Of a stretch of DNA of 64,000 bases, positions 40,107 through 49,331 are shown one piece after another. The stretch spans positions 608,001 through 672,000 of the forward strand of contig OZ241889.1 in NCBI GenBank assembly GCA_965203355.1. The letters run 5' to 3'. The stretch comes from Candidatus Latescibacterota bacterium (GTDB lineage: Bacteria; Latescibacterota; UBA2968; UBA8231). Under the pieces are notes generated by a model, which saw nothing but the letters and a program-made list of their open reading frames with translations, ran no database searches and was not told the DNA's origin. Made by a program: the position numbers and the translations under genes. Position 1 is the stretch's first letter; the number at the start of each line of letters is the position of its first letter.

Positions 40107-40145
40107 CGGCTAATTAGACACGCTATCGCCGCGATTCATTCCCGC
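40107..40145 (-). promoter_or_regulatory. 39-bp direct repeat copy 2, ECF-sigma-like promoter
   Basis: Identical to 34867-34905 and upstream of the Spy/CpxP-like gene. Confidence 0.6.
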
Positions 40146-40166
40146 ACTTTGGCAACAAGACCAAGC

Positions 40167-41576
40167 TCAGTACGTCCACTGTCGCGGCAGCGGACGCTCG
40201 CGCTCTAGCAGCCGCTCTAGCAGCCGCTTGCGCACCGCCTGCAACCGGTCGGCGTATTCGCTTTCGCCCGCCACATCCTCGTAGGCCAGCGGGTCGCGCT
40301 CCAAGTCGAAGAGGGCCTCCGCTCCGCTGGCATCCACCACGTAGCGCAACCCCTCCATGCGCAGCGTTTTCCAGTGTCGATCAGGTTGGGTCATTTCCGT
40401 GATGGCGCAGCCGCGGCCGTCGGCTTCCTCGCCGCGCAAGTCTGCCAGCAGGGAACAGCCTTGCAATGCCGCTGGCCGCTGAATTGCGGCGGCGTCCAGC
40501 AGGGTAGGCACCACGTCTAATGCCTCGACGACGCGGGAGCAGTGCCCACCTGCTGACGAGCCACCGGGCCAGCGCATCAACAGGGGTACTCGCGTGACCG
40601 CGTCGTGCCCGGGGTAGCCCTTGCCATAGCGCAGATGTTCGCCGAGCCACTCGCCGTGGTCGGACGTGAAAACGACGATGGTGTTGTCCGCAATGCCCAG
40701 GGCGTCGAGCCGATCGAGAATGCGGCCGACGTGGTGATCGACTTCGGACACCATGGCGTAATAGCCGTGGTGCGCGGAGCGCAACTCGTCGTCGGAAAAG
40801 TGCTGCGGGCCTCGACGAGCATCGAGAGCGGGCGGGAAGGGCGGCAACGTCAGAGCGGTTGGATCGTAGAGATCGAGAAACTCCTCGGGGGCCACCCACG
40901 GATTGTGCGGCGAATAGAAACCAGCGATGCAGAGAAAAGGGCCGTCTCTATGGCGCGTCAAAAACTCCATGGTCTGCTCGGCGACAAACGCCGTGTGGGT
41001 CAGGTCGCTGCGGCAGCGGTTGGCCAAGGCGCGCTTGACAAAGCGCTCGGCTGGATGCGCGATCCCGTCGCGGACGTTCATAATCCGCTTCCACTCGATT
41101 GCACTGGGTGCTTCGCCGAGGCTGACGAAGTCGAGTTGTTCAGGAGCCTGCGCCGCCACCCAAGCCCGGTAGGCATCGTGGTAGGAACCCGGTTCGTCCG
41201 AAATCTCCAAGTGGTCGAAGCCGTAGTCGGGATGGGGCTCGCGGTGGTCGCGGTTGGCGTGCGGCAGAAAGTGCAGCTTGCCAATCTGGCCGCTGCAATA
41301 GCCGTAGTTGTGCAGCAAGCGTGGCAAAGTCGGCGCATCCTCGGGCACGGGCACACCCATGTGCGAAAGCCCTAGCGTGGATGGATACTGCCCGGTGAGA
41401 AAGCTCACGCGGCTGGGCATGCAAACCGGGTTCTGCACAAAGCAGTGGTCGAAATTTACTCCGGTAGCCGCGAGCCGGTCCAAGTGCGGTGTGCGGATTT
41501 CGGAGTTGCCGTTGACGCCGAGGGCGTCCCACCGTTGCTGATCGGTGTAGAGGATGAGGATGTTGGGTCGTTGCAT
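40167..41576 (-). CDS. Sulfatase
   Basis: RPNILILYTDQQR, CMPSRVSFLTG, GKLH, SDHGE, LFDLERDP. Confidence 0.95.
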   Translation of the reverse strand: MQRPNILILYTDQQRWDALGVNGNSEIRTPHLDRLAATGVNFDHCFVQNPVCMPSRVSFLTGQYPSTLGLSHMGVPVPEDAPTLPRLLHNYGYCSGQIGKLHFLPHANRDHREPHPDYGFDHLEISDEPGSYHDAYRAWVAAQAPEQLDFVSLGEAPSAIEWKRIMNVRDGIAHPAERFVKRALANRCRSDLTHTAFVAEQTMEFLTRHRDGPFLCIAGFYSPHNPWVAPEEFLDLYDPTALTLPPFPPALDARRGPQHFSDDELRSAHHGYYAMVSEVDHHVGRILDRLDALGIADNTIVVFTSDHGEWLGEHLRYGKGYPGHDAVTRVPLLMRWPGGSSAGGHCSRVVEALDVVPTLLDAAAIQRPAALQGCSLLADLRGEEADGRGCAITEMTQPDRHWKTLRMEGLRYVVDASGAEALFDLERDPLAYEDVAGESEYADRLQAVRKRLLERLLERERPLPRQWTY

Positions 41577-41610
41577 CGTTGCTTTGAACCTTTGAAGACG
41601 TTTTGTCTCT

Positions 41611-41876
41611 TCAATAAAGGGCTAGAATTTCAAAGAGACCCACTACCGGAGCCCCACTGACCGGCGGAATAAGCACTACTTCGTCCCCGGCTTGTAACGC
41701 GGTCTGGCTCCCCGCGTACTCGGAGTTGACCGCAATCGACAACACCTGCTGCACCGCGGCCAGTTGCGGATACGCGGCCACGAGTTCGCGCTGCAAGCTT
41801 CGGCGATCTCCCACTCACAGCTTCTGTGGCCGACGGCATCGCGGCAGGAAGAAAAAAATAAAACCTTGATTTTCAT
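41611..41876 (-). pseudogene. moaD: Molybdopterin synthase sulfur carrier MoaD, frameshifted and lacking the terminal GG
   Basis: MKIKVLFFSSCRDAVG in one frame and IAVNSEY...GDEVVLIPPVSG in another. The end reads VSGAPVV instead of GG-stop. Confidence 0.75.
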
Positions 41877-41929
41877 AATCAAGCACCAATAACGCCGCCT
41901 GACGCGACGAGCCGCGGCCAAAAAAGGAC

Positions 41930-42339
41930 ATGGGACCTCAAACCGAAAACTGAGGTCCCATTTCCGCAACTTGCGGTGTAGTGGGGGCTACTTGAGCAGC
42001 AACATCTTCTGGACGGCGAGGAAATCACCGCCCGCTTGCAAGCGGGCCGTAGGCGGGCGAGTTGACGTTCATAAAGAAAATGGGACCTCAAACCGAAAAC
42101 TGAGGTCCCATTTCCGTAACTCGCGGTGCCGCGGGTGCTACTTGAGCAGCAGCATCTTCTTGATGTCGACAAACGCTTCGCCGACCTGCAAGCGGTCCGT
42201 AAGCTGGCGATCTGACGTTCATAAGAAAATGGGACCCCAGAACATCGGGGTCCCATTTCCGTAACGCGCGGTGTCGCGTATGCTACTTGAGCAGCAGCAT
42301 CTTCTTGATGTCGAGGAAATCACCGCCCGCCTGCAAGCG
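41930..42339 (-). repeat. Tandem array (period ~145-150 bp) of three C-terminal tail + hairpin units
   Basis: 57-nt tails at 42283-42339, 42138-42194 and 41988-42044. Hairpins at 42227-42258, 42078-42113 and 41930-41961. Confidence 0.9.
42218..42258 (-). terminator. Intrinsic terminator of the large surface-protein gene
   Basis: AAATGGGACCCC-loop-GGGGTCCCATTT running into TCTT on the minus strand, 24 nt after the stop. Confidence 0.7.
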
Positions 42340-45300
42340 GTAGAAGTACATCCCGGACGACACGCTCTGGCCGCTATCGTTGGTCGCGTCCCATTCCACC
42401 GCGTAACGACCCGCCGCCTGATGCTCGGCAACCAGCGTCCGCACCGGCTGACCCAACACGTTATATACGGTCAGCCCCACGTCCGCCGCTTGCGGCAACG
42501 CATACTGAATCGTCGTCTGCGGATTGAACGGGTTCGGATAGTTGGCTGCCAGCGAAAACACGGCCGGGCGCGTCTGCACCGAAACCGGCGCGGGCAATGC
42601 CAAGCGGTTGAAGCCCAACGCCCGGTCATACGTCTGGCTGTCGGTGATTTCGAGGGTCGTGTGCTCGATCTCGGTCGTCGGCCGGAAGACCAAGCGCAGC
42701 ATCAGCTCGCCATCCGAAACGACGTCGCCGTGGGCGGCTACCGTCAACACGCCCGCTTGGTCGGCCAGCACCTGCGGCGTAGCGAACGCGCTCCCGCCCA
42801 GCGGCTGATCGGTCCGCACTTCGACGAAGGTTAGCTGGTCGGCGTCATAGGCTACTTGCAAGCCGTAGCCCTTGACCGCCACGAAATCGGCCAGTCGCAC
42901 ATTAACGACGAACTCTTCTCCTACGCTCGGCAGGGCTGTCGGCGCGTCCAGATACAGTCGCGCCTCCGCATTCAGCCCGGCTAGCAGCGGCACCGGCTTG
43001 CCCGCCACGGCCATGCTGCGACCGAAATGGTCGGCCAACACGAAGAAGTCGTCGAAGTCAATCGTCCCATTCGGCGCCAGGTCAAACGCCGGATCAAACC
43101 CGGCGTCACCGGCCGTCAAGCCGAAGCGGTCCGCCAACACGAAGAAGTCGTCGAACCCAATGCGTGCGTCGGCTCCGAACAGCCCCAACAGAGCCTGCCC
43201 TTGGCTATCGGCCACCCGGTTGCGCACGGCCAATGCGGTATGCTCAACCGAATCGGTCTCGTTGTCCCAATCGAAAGGCCGCACCTGATAGGTGTAATGC
43301 ACCCCATGCTGCGCCGTCTCATCGACGAAGGACGCGACCCCGGACGCCACCTCGGCGACCACGGAAAACGCTTCTTCGCCGACGGCGCGGCGATAGATGC
43401 GGTAGCCGTGTACGCCGACGACCGGCTCGACCGGTGCCGGGCCCAAGGCGCCAGCCACGACCCCTTGCAGCACCTGATCCGACGGCGACAGCGTCCACGT
43501 CAGCGCGATGCGACCACCCTGATCGTCCGGCGCATCCAACACCTGTAGTGCCGACACGGCCAACGGCGCGATGTCGTCAGTCGCCCGCACAGCCTCGGCC
43601 GTCCAAGTGATCGACGAACTCAGCACACTACTGACGACATTCAACTTCGGAGCCACGCCGCGAGCGTAGGCCAATGCTTCCGGCAGCAACGACGCCAGCA
43701 CCGGACCCTCCTGCGCGGCAGCGCGGCTGGCTTGCAGCGTCGCCGCCATCTGCGCGTAAGGCGCGGTCAGGTCGTCGGCCTCGACGAACACGGCTTTGGC
43801 CGCATGATGCGTGGTGCGACCCCCGCGCTCGGCGGCAATGCCCCAGCGCGTCGAGACGTTGTCCAGCGTCGCCACGATGGCGCGGCCCATCGCCACCCCA
43901 GGCACGGCATCCACCCGCGCCCACGGCACCATCTCATTTTCCAGCACCGGCAACGCACGGAAAATGCGATAGCCGTCCAGCGACTTATGATCCGCCGACA
44001 ACTCCCAAGACAGCATCACGAAACCGCCTTGGTCGCCTTGGCCGTCTGCACCTTTGTAGTCTTCGGCGACCAGGTTGGTCGGTGCCGACAGCGGCGGCTC
44101 CACCACCGCCATGCTCAACGGCAGCGACTGACTCGCGCCGCTGGCATCCATGACCGTGTAGGTCGCGACCGTCTCGCCCATCGTCGTCGGCGTCCCGGAA
44201 ATCGTCCGGGTCGCCGCGTCAAACGACAGCCCCGCTGGCAGCCCCGACACGCTATACGTCAGCGGTGGAGTGCCCCCGGAGACCGCCGGCAGCGTCAGGT
44301 TTGCCGGCACACCGACGGTGAATTGAATCATGTTGTCGGTGTGCGAGTCGGCCGGATTGGCTTTGCCGGCACCGCTGTTGAGACCGAACAACGAACTCAG
44401 GTCGCCAAAGTCCAGCATCGCGTTGATGGTAATCGCGAACATCAGCGAGACGCTTTCGGCGCCAGCCATGGCCGTGTAGGTGACCTCAACGGCCCCATCG
44501 GTCGCCGCTTCCGGCGTCCCCGAAATCGTCCGGGTCGCCGCGTCAAACGACAGCCCCGCTGGCAAACCCGACACGCTATACGTGATGGAGCCTTCGCCGC
44601 CCAACGCCACCGGCAACACCAACGGCGTAATCGCCGTGCCCGCCGTATAGGCATGTGCGTCGATCGAAGTGCCCTCGACGAAAGACAAGGGGATCATCAT
44701 CTCCCTATCGCCGTCATTATCGTCCATCATCCCGCTGTCTGTGTCCGTCAGCACCAGCGTCGCTGAACCCGCCGTCAAGCCGGGAAGCATCGCGTTGAGC
44801 ACCACCGTCTCGTCGCCTTCGGCCATACCGTCGGAGACCGGATCGATCAGCAGGCGCGTCGAACCCATAATCGAACCGGCGGCAATGGTAATGGTCGGAT
44901 TGAACAGCGCCGAGTAGTCCAAATCGCGCGCGGCACTCGAAGCCTCGTCAATCGAGACGGAGACCGTCGCGTTCTCGGCCAACGGCTTGCCGTCCAGCGC
45001 GGCCATGATCATCACTTCCGTCAATTCCGCCGACTCGCTGAGCGCGCTCGGCGTCACCGACAGCACCAGAGACGTGCTTGGCGTCTCGTCGTCGGAAATG
45101 CGCAGGTCCACCTGCCCCCAGCCGCCTGAAGCCGCCGCCCGAATACCCAAGTGCTTATGACCATCCGCCGAAGCGTTGTCAATCGGCGACAGGAAAAGCG
45201 TCGTCCAACCCATCGTCTCCCCGGCCGCAATGGTGATCGTCCCCGCTAATGTCGCGGTATAATCCACGTCGCGGGTGGCCGCCGCGCCGCTGGTCGGCGG

Positions 45301-47976
45301 CACAATCGTGAAACGGACCGTCTCAGCCGCCGGAGCCGCGCCCGACAAGGTCGCCGTAACTCGGATTTCAGCCGTGTCGCCGTTTTCGCGCACCGCCGAT
45401 TGCGAAGCCATCACACTCGCGACACCGACCGTCGCCGACGCGGCTTCACCCACCGTGATGGTGAAGGTCTTTGCGCCGCTGTCGCCATCGCTATCGAGCA
45501 CCATATAGACGACCGTGGCCATGCCCGCCAACGTCGGCGTGCCCGAAATCGTCCGCGTGGCCGCGTCAAACGACAGCCCCATCGGCAAGGTCGCCGAAAC
45601 GCTGTACATCAGCGTTCCTTGGCCGCCCATCGCCGCGGGCAACACCGTGCTGAACGCTTGCCCCACCGTCGCTTCAAAGGCTAACGCGGCAGCACCAAAG
45701 CTCGGTCGGCCCGTGTCCGCGGTCGTATCCGAAGAACCAGAATCATCCATCATCGCCGCGTCTTTCAGCGTGATCGTCGCGGTGCCGACCGTGATCTTGT
45801 CGTCGTCTTGGTTCTTGAGATTGTCCGTGAGCTGCTTGATCGTGATCGTCTTGTCGTTGGCGGGTTTGCCATCGTTGATCGGCGTGATCGTGATCGTCGT
45901 CGAGCCGGTGATCTCGCCGCGCGGAATCGTCAGCGAGCCAAGCACCGCCGTGTATTCTATATCCCGCGTCGCCTTCTTGTCCGGCGTCCGATCTACGACC
46001 AGCGTGATCGTCGCCGCCGCGTCCAGCACCTTGCCGTCCAACGTGCCGGTCACCGTCACCGTCGTCGCCCCGGCGTCCTTTTTGATTTCGCTCGGATTGA
46101 CCGACAGCGTGATGTCATCGCTCAGCGTCTCATCGTCCGTGATCTTGAACTCCACCGTATCCATCTGAGACGCTTCGGTGCCGACCTTCGCTATCACCTC
46201 GAACGTCCGATCCCCATTCACACCGCTGTTGTCCACCGGCGTGACCCGCAACGTCGCCGCGCCTTTCGTATCACCCGCCGGGATCGTCAACCCCTCAGTC
46301 ACCTCCACCTCGTAATGCACATCGCGCGTCCCCGTGCTATTCGTAAGAATCTGAAAGTCCACCGCCTTCGCGCCGGTTAGGGCTTTCTTCAATTCAACCG
46401 TCATCGCAATGTCGGTCGCCCCGGCGGCCTCGCGGATCATCTTCGGACTCAGCGTAAAATCCTTGATCTCCGCCACCGCAACGTCCTCAACCGTGATGGT
46501 GCCCCGATTGACCTTAATATCAGGCAAGATAAAAGATTCCACATACTTAATGGTGTCCCCAACACCGAACGTATCATCAAAGTCGCCATCGCCGTTAAGG
46601 TCGATACGGCCCACCCAATCAAATAAGTTTACGCGTCGCAAACCCACTTCACTTATAGCATTTCCGGTCGGCATATAGGAGTCCAAATAATCACCATCCC
46701 AACTGAGACTTCCCGCGTCCCTGCTCGCGTTCGTAAAGTCGACCCCCAACTCGCTTTCTACCAAGGCGGGGCCGCTCACAGGTACGGAGTCGATTCGATC
46801 CAAAACTCCTGTAGATCCCAAAGTGTAGGATAGAGCAGCTCCCTTATTAAAGGAAAGATCACCATCGCCGTTGAGGTCAAAGCAGATATAGAGATCTCGC
46901 TTTCCCTCACCGGTGTTCGTTTCTTTGACACTTGATCTGGCACCGGCAGGTATGACAAAATCATCTTTGTCCCACGTACCATCGCAGTTGATGTCTACCC
47001 GGACCTGCTTACCATTATACATCCGTTTCTTGATGACCTCCCCCTTCAGCAACGTATCCCTGGCCCCAACCACGATCTTGCCCGCCTTATTATTCGGATC
47101 GAGGGTGAACGTCGTCGTCCCTTCGATCTTCCGCTTTGGAATGGTCAACTTCCCCAGCCCCCTAAGCGAGTAATCCACATCGCGCGTCAACGTATCGGCA
47201 GCACCGCTAACAACAACCAACTGGGGTTCAAGCTTTTTGCTCGTCAACGCGCCGCCATCCAACGTGCCTGTCACTTCAATCGAAGTCACATCCGCCTGCT
47301 TGCTGAGTTTGGACGGCTTAAAAGAAAGATTAATCGCCTGCGGATACTGATCGTCGTCGAGGATCTCCACATACAGGTACTTCAAATTATTGCCGCCCTC
47401 ACCACCGCCGCTCTCCGTTACATACCTTTGCTGAGGACGATATATTATGTTTGCATTACCCGGCGTAAAACGAATAGGGACAAGAATATTAGGGAGTCCA
47501 CGCAGCAAAGTTTGAGCAACCGCCTTTTCCGTTTCCGGCGTACTCCAGAAGTCGTTTCGATCAAGATCAAGGGACTCCTTCGTGCTCTCTGGGGTAGGTC
47601 CGATCCGATCGTTGGGAATCGGGGTTATGGTGATAGTCCCAGTCGCCTTTTTCGCCCCCGCCTTAATCACGAGACTGGAGGGGAAGGATACTCTGAATAA
47701 GTCATTGAGATACTGTGCGGAGGCACTTGCTGCGGGGATACCCATTGCAATCTGAATGTCTTCGTCCGCCGCCTTGTCGTCTTCCACGACGGCTTCGACC
47801 GTAATATCTTGCGCTCCACCGTCCTCGTGGACGAAAAGCGGGTCAAGGGTAACATGAACATTCTTCTTCTGCTGACCCTTGGCCTCGCCGGCCCAGCCCA
47901 ACACCAAAATGGCCGCCAGCAAACAAGGCACAAAAGCCAAACGCGGCATCGGCACGAACAACTTCGCATGTATCAT
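42283..47976 (-). CDS. ~1900-aa secreted surface protein: Calx-beta-like repeats, three He_PIG Ig repeats, Fn3-like, dockerin-like, cohesin-like and FlgD/T9SS-type C-terminal domain
   Basis: Signal peptide, repeated TITITP..D / ITDD units, GLPAGLSFDAATRTISGTP-type motif x3, twin FDDFFVLAD, NYPNPFNPQTTI...SGMYFYRL...KMLLLK. AGGAG RBS before ATG 47976. Confidence 0.9.
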   Translation of the reverse strand: MIHAKLFVPMPRLAFVPCLLAAILVLGWAGEAKGQQKKNVHVTLDPLFVHEDGGAQDITVEAVVEDDKAADEDIQIAMGIPAASASAQYLNDLFRVSFPSSLVIKAGAKKATGTITITPIPNDRIGPTPESTKESLDLDRNDFWSTPETEKAVAQTLLRGLPNILVPIRFTPGNANIIYRPQQRYVTESGGGEGGNNLKYLYVEILDDDQYPQAINLSFKPSKLSKQADVTSIEVTGTLDGGALTSKKLEPQLVVVSGAADTLTRDVDYSLRGLGKLTIPKRKIEGTTTFTLDPNNKAGKIVVGARDTLLKGEVIKKRMYNGKQVRVDINCDGTWDKDDFVIPAGARSSVKETNTGEGKRDLYICFDLNGDGDLSFNKGAALSYTLGSTGVLDRIDSVPVSGPALVESELGVDFTNASRDAGSLSWDGDYLDSYMPTGNAISEVGLRRVNLFDWVGRIDLNGDGDFDDTFGVGDTIKYVESFILPDIKVNRGTITVEDVAVAEIKDFTLSPKMIREAAGATDIAMTVELKKALTGAKAVDFQILTNSTGTRDVHYEVEVTEGLTIPAGDTKGAATLRVTPVDNSGVNGDRTFEVIAKVGTEASQMDTVEFKITDDETLSDDITLSVNPSEIKKDAGATTVTVTGTLDGKVLDAAATITLVVDRTPDKKATRDIEYTAVLGSLTIPRGEITGSTTITITPINDGKPANDKTITIKQLTDNLKNQDDDKITVGTATITLKDAAMMDDSGSSDTTADTGRPSFGAAALAFEATVGQAFSTVLPAAMGGQGTLMYSVSATLPMGLSFDAATRTISGTPTLAGMATVVYMVLDSDGDSGAKTFTITVGEAASATVGVASVMASQSAVRENGDTAEIRVTATLSGAAPAAETVRFTIVPPTSGAAATRDVDYTATLAGTITIAAGETMGWTTLFLSPIDNASADGHKHLGIRAAASGGWGQVDLRISDDETPSTSLVLSVTPSALSESAELTEVMIMAALDGKPLAENATVSVSIDEASSAARDLDYSALFNPTITIAAGSIMGSTRLLIDPVSDGMAEGDETVVLNAMLPGLTAGSATLVLTDTDSGMMDDNDGDREMMIPLSFVEGTSIDAHAYTAGTAITPLVLPVALGGEGSITYSVSGLPAGLSFDAATRTISGTPEAATDGAVEVTYTAMAGAESVSLMFAITINAMLDFGDLSSLFGLNSGAGKANPADSHTDNMIQFTVGVPANLTLPAVSGGTPPLTYSVSGLPAGLSFDAATRTISGTPTTMGETVATYTVMDASGASQSLPLSMAVVEPPLSAPTNLVAEDYKGADGQGDQGGFVMLSWELSADHKSLDGYRIFRALPVLENEMVPWARVDAVPGVAMGRAIVATLDNVSTRWGIAAERGGRTTHHAAKAVFVEADDLTAPYAQMAATLQASRAAAQEGPVLASLLPEALAYARGVAPKLNVVSSVLSSSITWTAEAVRATDDIAPLAVSALQVLDAPDDQGGRIALTWTLSPSDQVLQGVVAGALGPAPVEPVVGVHGYRIYRRAVGEEAFSVVAEVASGVASFVDETAQHGVHYTYQVRPFDWDNETDSVEHTALAVRNRVADSQGQALLGLFGADARIGFDDFFVLADRFGLTAGDAGFDPAFDLAPNGTIDFDDFFVLADHFGRSMAVAGKPVPLLAGLNAEARLYLDAPTALPSVGEEFVVNVRLADFVAVKGYGLQVAYDADQLTFVEVRTDQPLGGSAFATPQVLADQAGVLTVAAHGDVVSDGELMLRLVFRPTTEIEHTTLEITDSQTYDRALGFNRLALPAPVSVQTRPAVFSLAANYPNPFNPQTTIQYALPQAADVGLTVYNVLGQPVRTLVAEHQAAGRYAVEWDATNDSGQSVSSGMYFYRLQAGGDFLDIKKMLLLK

Positions 47977-47978
47977 TA

Positions 47979-48329
47979 CTAAATCTCCTGAAGGAAAGTA
48001 TCGCCCAAGGGCGAAAGGGAAAGGGTAGAAGGAAATGGACTTAGCCTTATCACTAAGCCGTTGCGTTCTTGTATTTTTGCTACCGTTGAGCAAGACGAAT
48101 CCCTCGCGGCGAGAGCTAGGCTACGACGTCGCCGGCCGATAACCGCGAGGCTACCGAGGATGGGTTTCAATGCCCAAGAAAATCGGGGGGGGGGGGGTAA
48201 ATCATTGTTTTTTAACGACTTATGGCGATTAAGCCTCGGCGTTATCGCAAGTGTAGAACAAGGCACCGCTATCGCATCAAGCACCGCTCCCGGCGATGGC
48301 GTTCTTTGTGCTATTGACGTTGTGCCCAT
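47979..48329 (-). CDS. Putative leader ORF containing a C13 tract
   Basis: 116-codon ORF whose TAG (47981-47979) lies 2 nt before the surface-protein ATG. No recognisable domain, so it may be non-coding. Confidence 0.3.
   Translation of the reverse strand: MGTTSIAQRTPSPGAVLDAIAVPCSTLAITPRLNRHKSLKNNDLPPPPRFSWALKPILGSLAVIGRRRRSLALAARDSSCSTVAKIQERNGLVIRLSPFPSTLSLSPLGDTFLQEI
48185..48197. repeat. G13/C13 homopolymer
   Basis: 13 consecutive G, adjacent to an AT-rich imperfect palindrome at 48198-48222. Confidence 0.9.
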
Positions 48330-48707
48330 GTCCTGTTAATCCGACTAAGAATGCCGCAAGCGGCGGCGGGTTCTATACCGAAACGCAACGCTGTATAAAT
48401 ATGAATTTTGTGAAAATAAGTCAAGTGCAGAAGTTCCCGTAACATTATGATGGAGATCGAATCAGAAGCCTACTATTGGAGACGTTAGCGAGAACATCGG
48501 TGGGTGACTAACAAAAAATGTCAAGGGAAAAGTAAGGGGTCTGACCAATAAAACGCTAAGCCAGCTAATCCAGCGTCCGCTTGGATCGCACGAGCCTGCG
48601 CCAGCCCCGACACAGAAAACACTGCGGAAAATCCGGGCCGATGACCGGACTTAGCGGAAACCAAAGCAGCGCGTGGACCACCTTGATTATTTTGCACAAA
48701 ACGTTTT

Positions 48708-49331
48708 TCATGGTTTTTCCTCCTCGGCGAAGAGTTGCTCGGTTACTGCGGCCATCAGCTCGGGGCCGTCGCTCTGACGGAAGAGGAACCGCACCTTGCC
48801 CTGCTGGTCAATCAGGTAGGTATAGGTCGAGTGATCGACTAAGTAAGCGTCCTGCTCCGCTCCGAGGGAATAGTGAGCACCATACTGGCGCACCACTTGG
48901 TCGATTTCCTCCTTGTCGCCGCGCAGGCCAATCGCATCAATGGCGAAATAGCCGAGATACTCCGCCAACTTCTCCTGCGTATCGCGCTTGGGATCAACGG
49001 TGACGAAGAGGGTCGTCAACTCCTGCTGGTGCTCGTCTAAGAGCTGATAGACGCGGCCCATCTTCGACAGGGTCACCGGACAGATGTCCGGGCAATAGGT
49101 GTACCCGAAGAAGAGCATGGCGGCTTGGCCGCGCAAACGTTGCAACTCAAAGCGCACCCCGTGCTGATCCACGAGCGCGAAGTCGCCGCCAATGCCGCCG
49201 AAGTCCTGTAAGGAGGGGACTTCCAAGGGGGTGGATTCGGCGACTGGGTCTTTTGGGGCCTCTGGCTGTGCGCCGCAAGCCGCAAGCCACGCAAACACCG
49301 CGCAACAGACCAGCGCGTCAATCGCTCTCAT
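48708..49331 (-). CDS. SCO1/SenC family copper-binding lipoprotein
   Basis: LAAC lipobox, FFGYTYCPDICP, TVDPKRD, VDHS. Confidence 0.95.
   Translation of the reverse strand: MRAIDALVCCAVFAWLAACGAQPEAPKDPVAESTPLEVPSLQDFGGIGGDFALVDQHGVRFELQRLRGQAAMLFFGYTYCPDICPVTLSKMGRVYQLLDEHQQELTTLFVTVDPKRDTQEKLAEYLGYFAIDAIGLRGDKEEIDQVVRQYGAHYSLGAEQDAYLVDHSTYTYLIDQQGKVRFLFRQSDGPELMAAVTEQLFAEEEKP

Noticed and set aside
42087-42222. Conserved small peptide MNV(R/N)SPAYGPLA in each array unit
   Set aside because: One copy gives 44 codons and the other stops after 15, with no RBS. It is kept only as a remark in the array finding.
41930-42258. CRISPR array
   Set aside because: The period is ~150 bp, the would-be spacers are homologous to each other and to the gene end, and there are no cas genes.
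41930-42339. Diversity-generating retroelement (variable region plus hairpin at a gene 3' end)
   Set aside because: Differences between tails are not confined to adenines (for example GCG/GTC, TTC/TTT, CTG/TTG), and no reverse transcriptase is in the window.
47976-48197. Poly-C slippage fusing the leader in frame to the surface protein
   Set aside because: An in-frame TAG at 48123-48121 lies between the tract and the large ORF.
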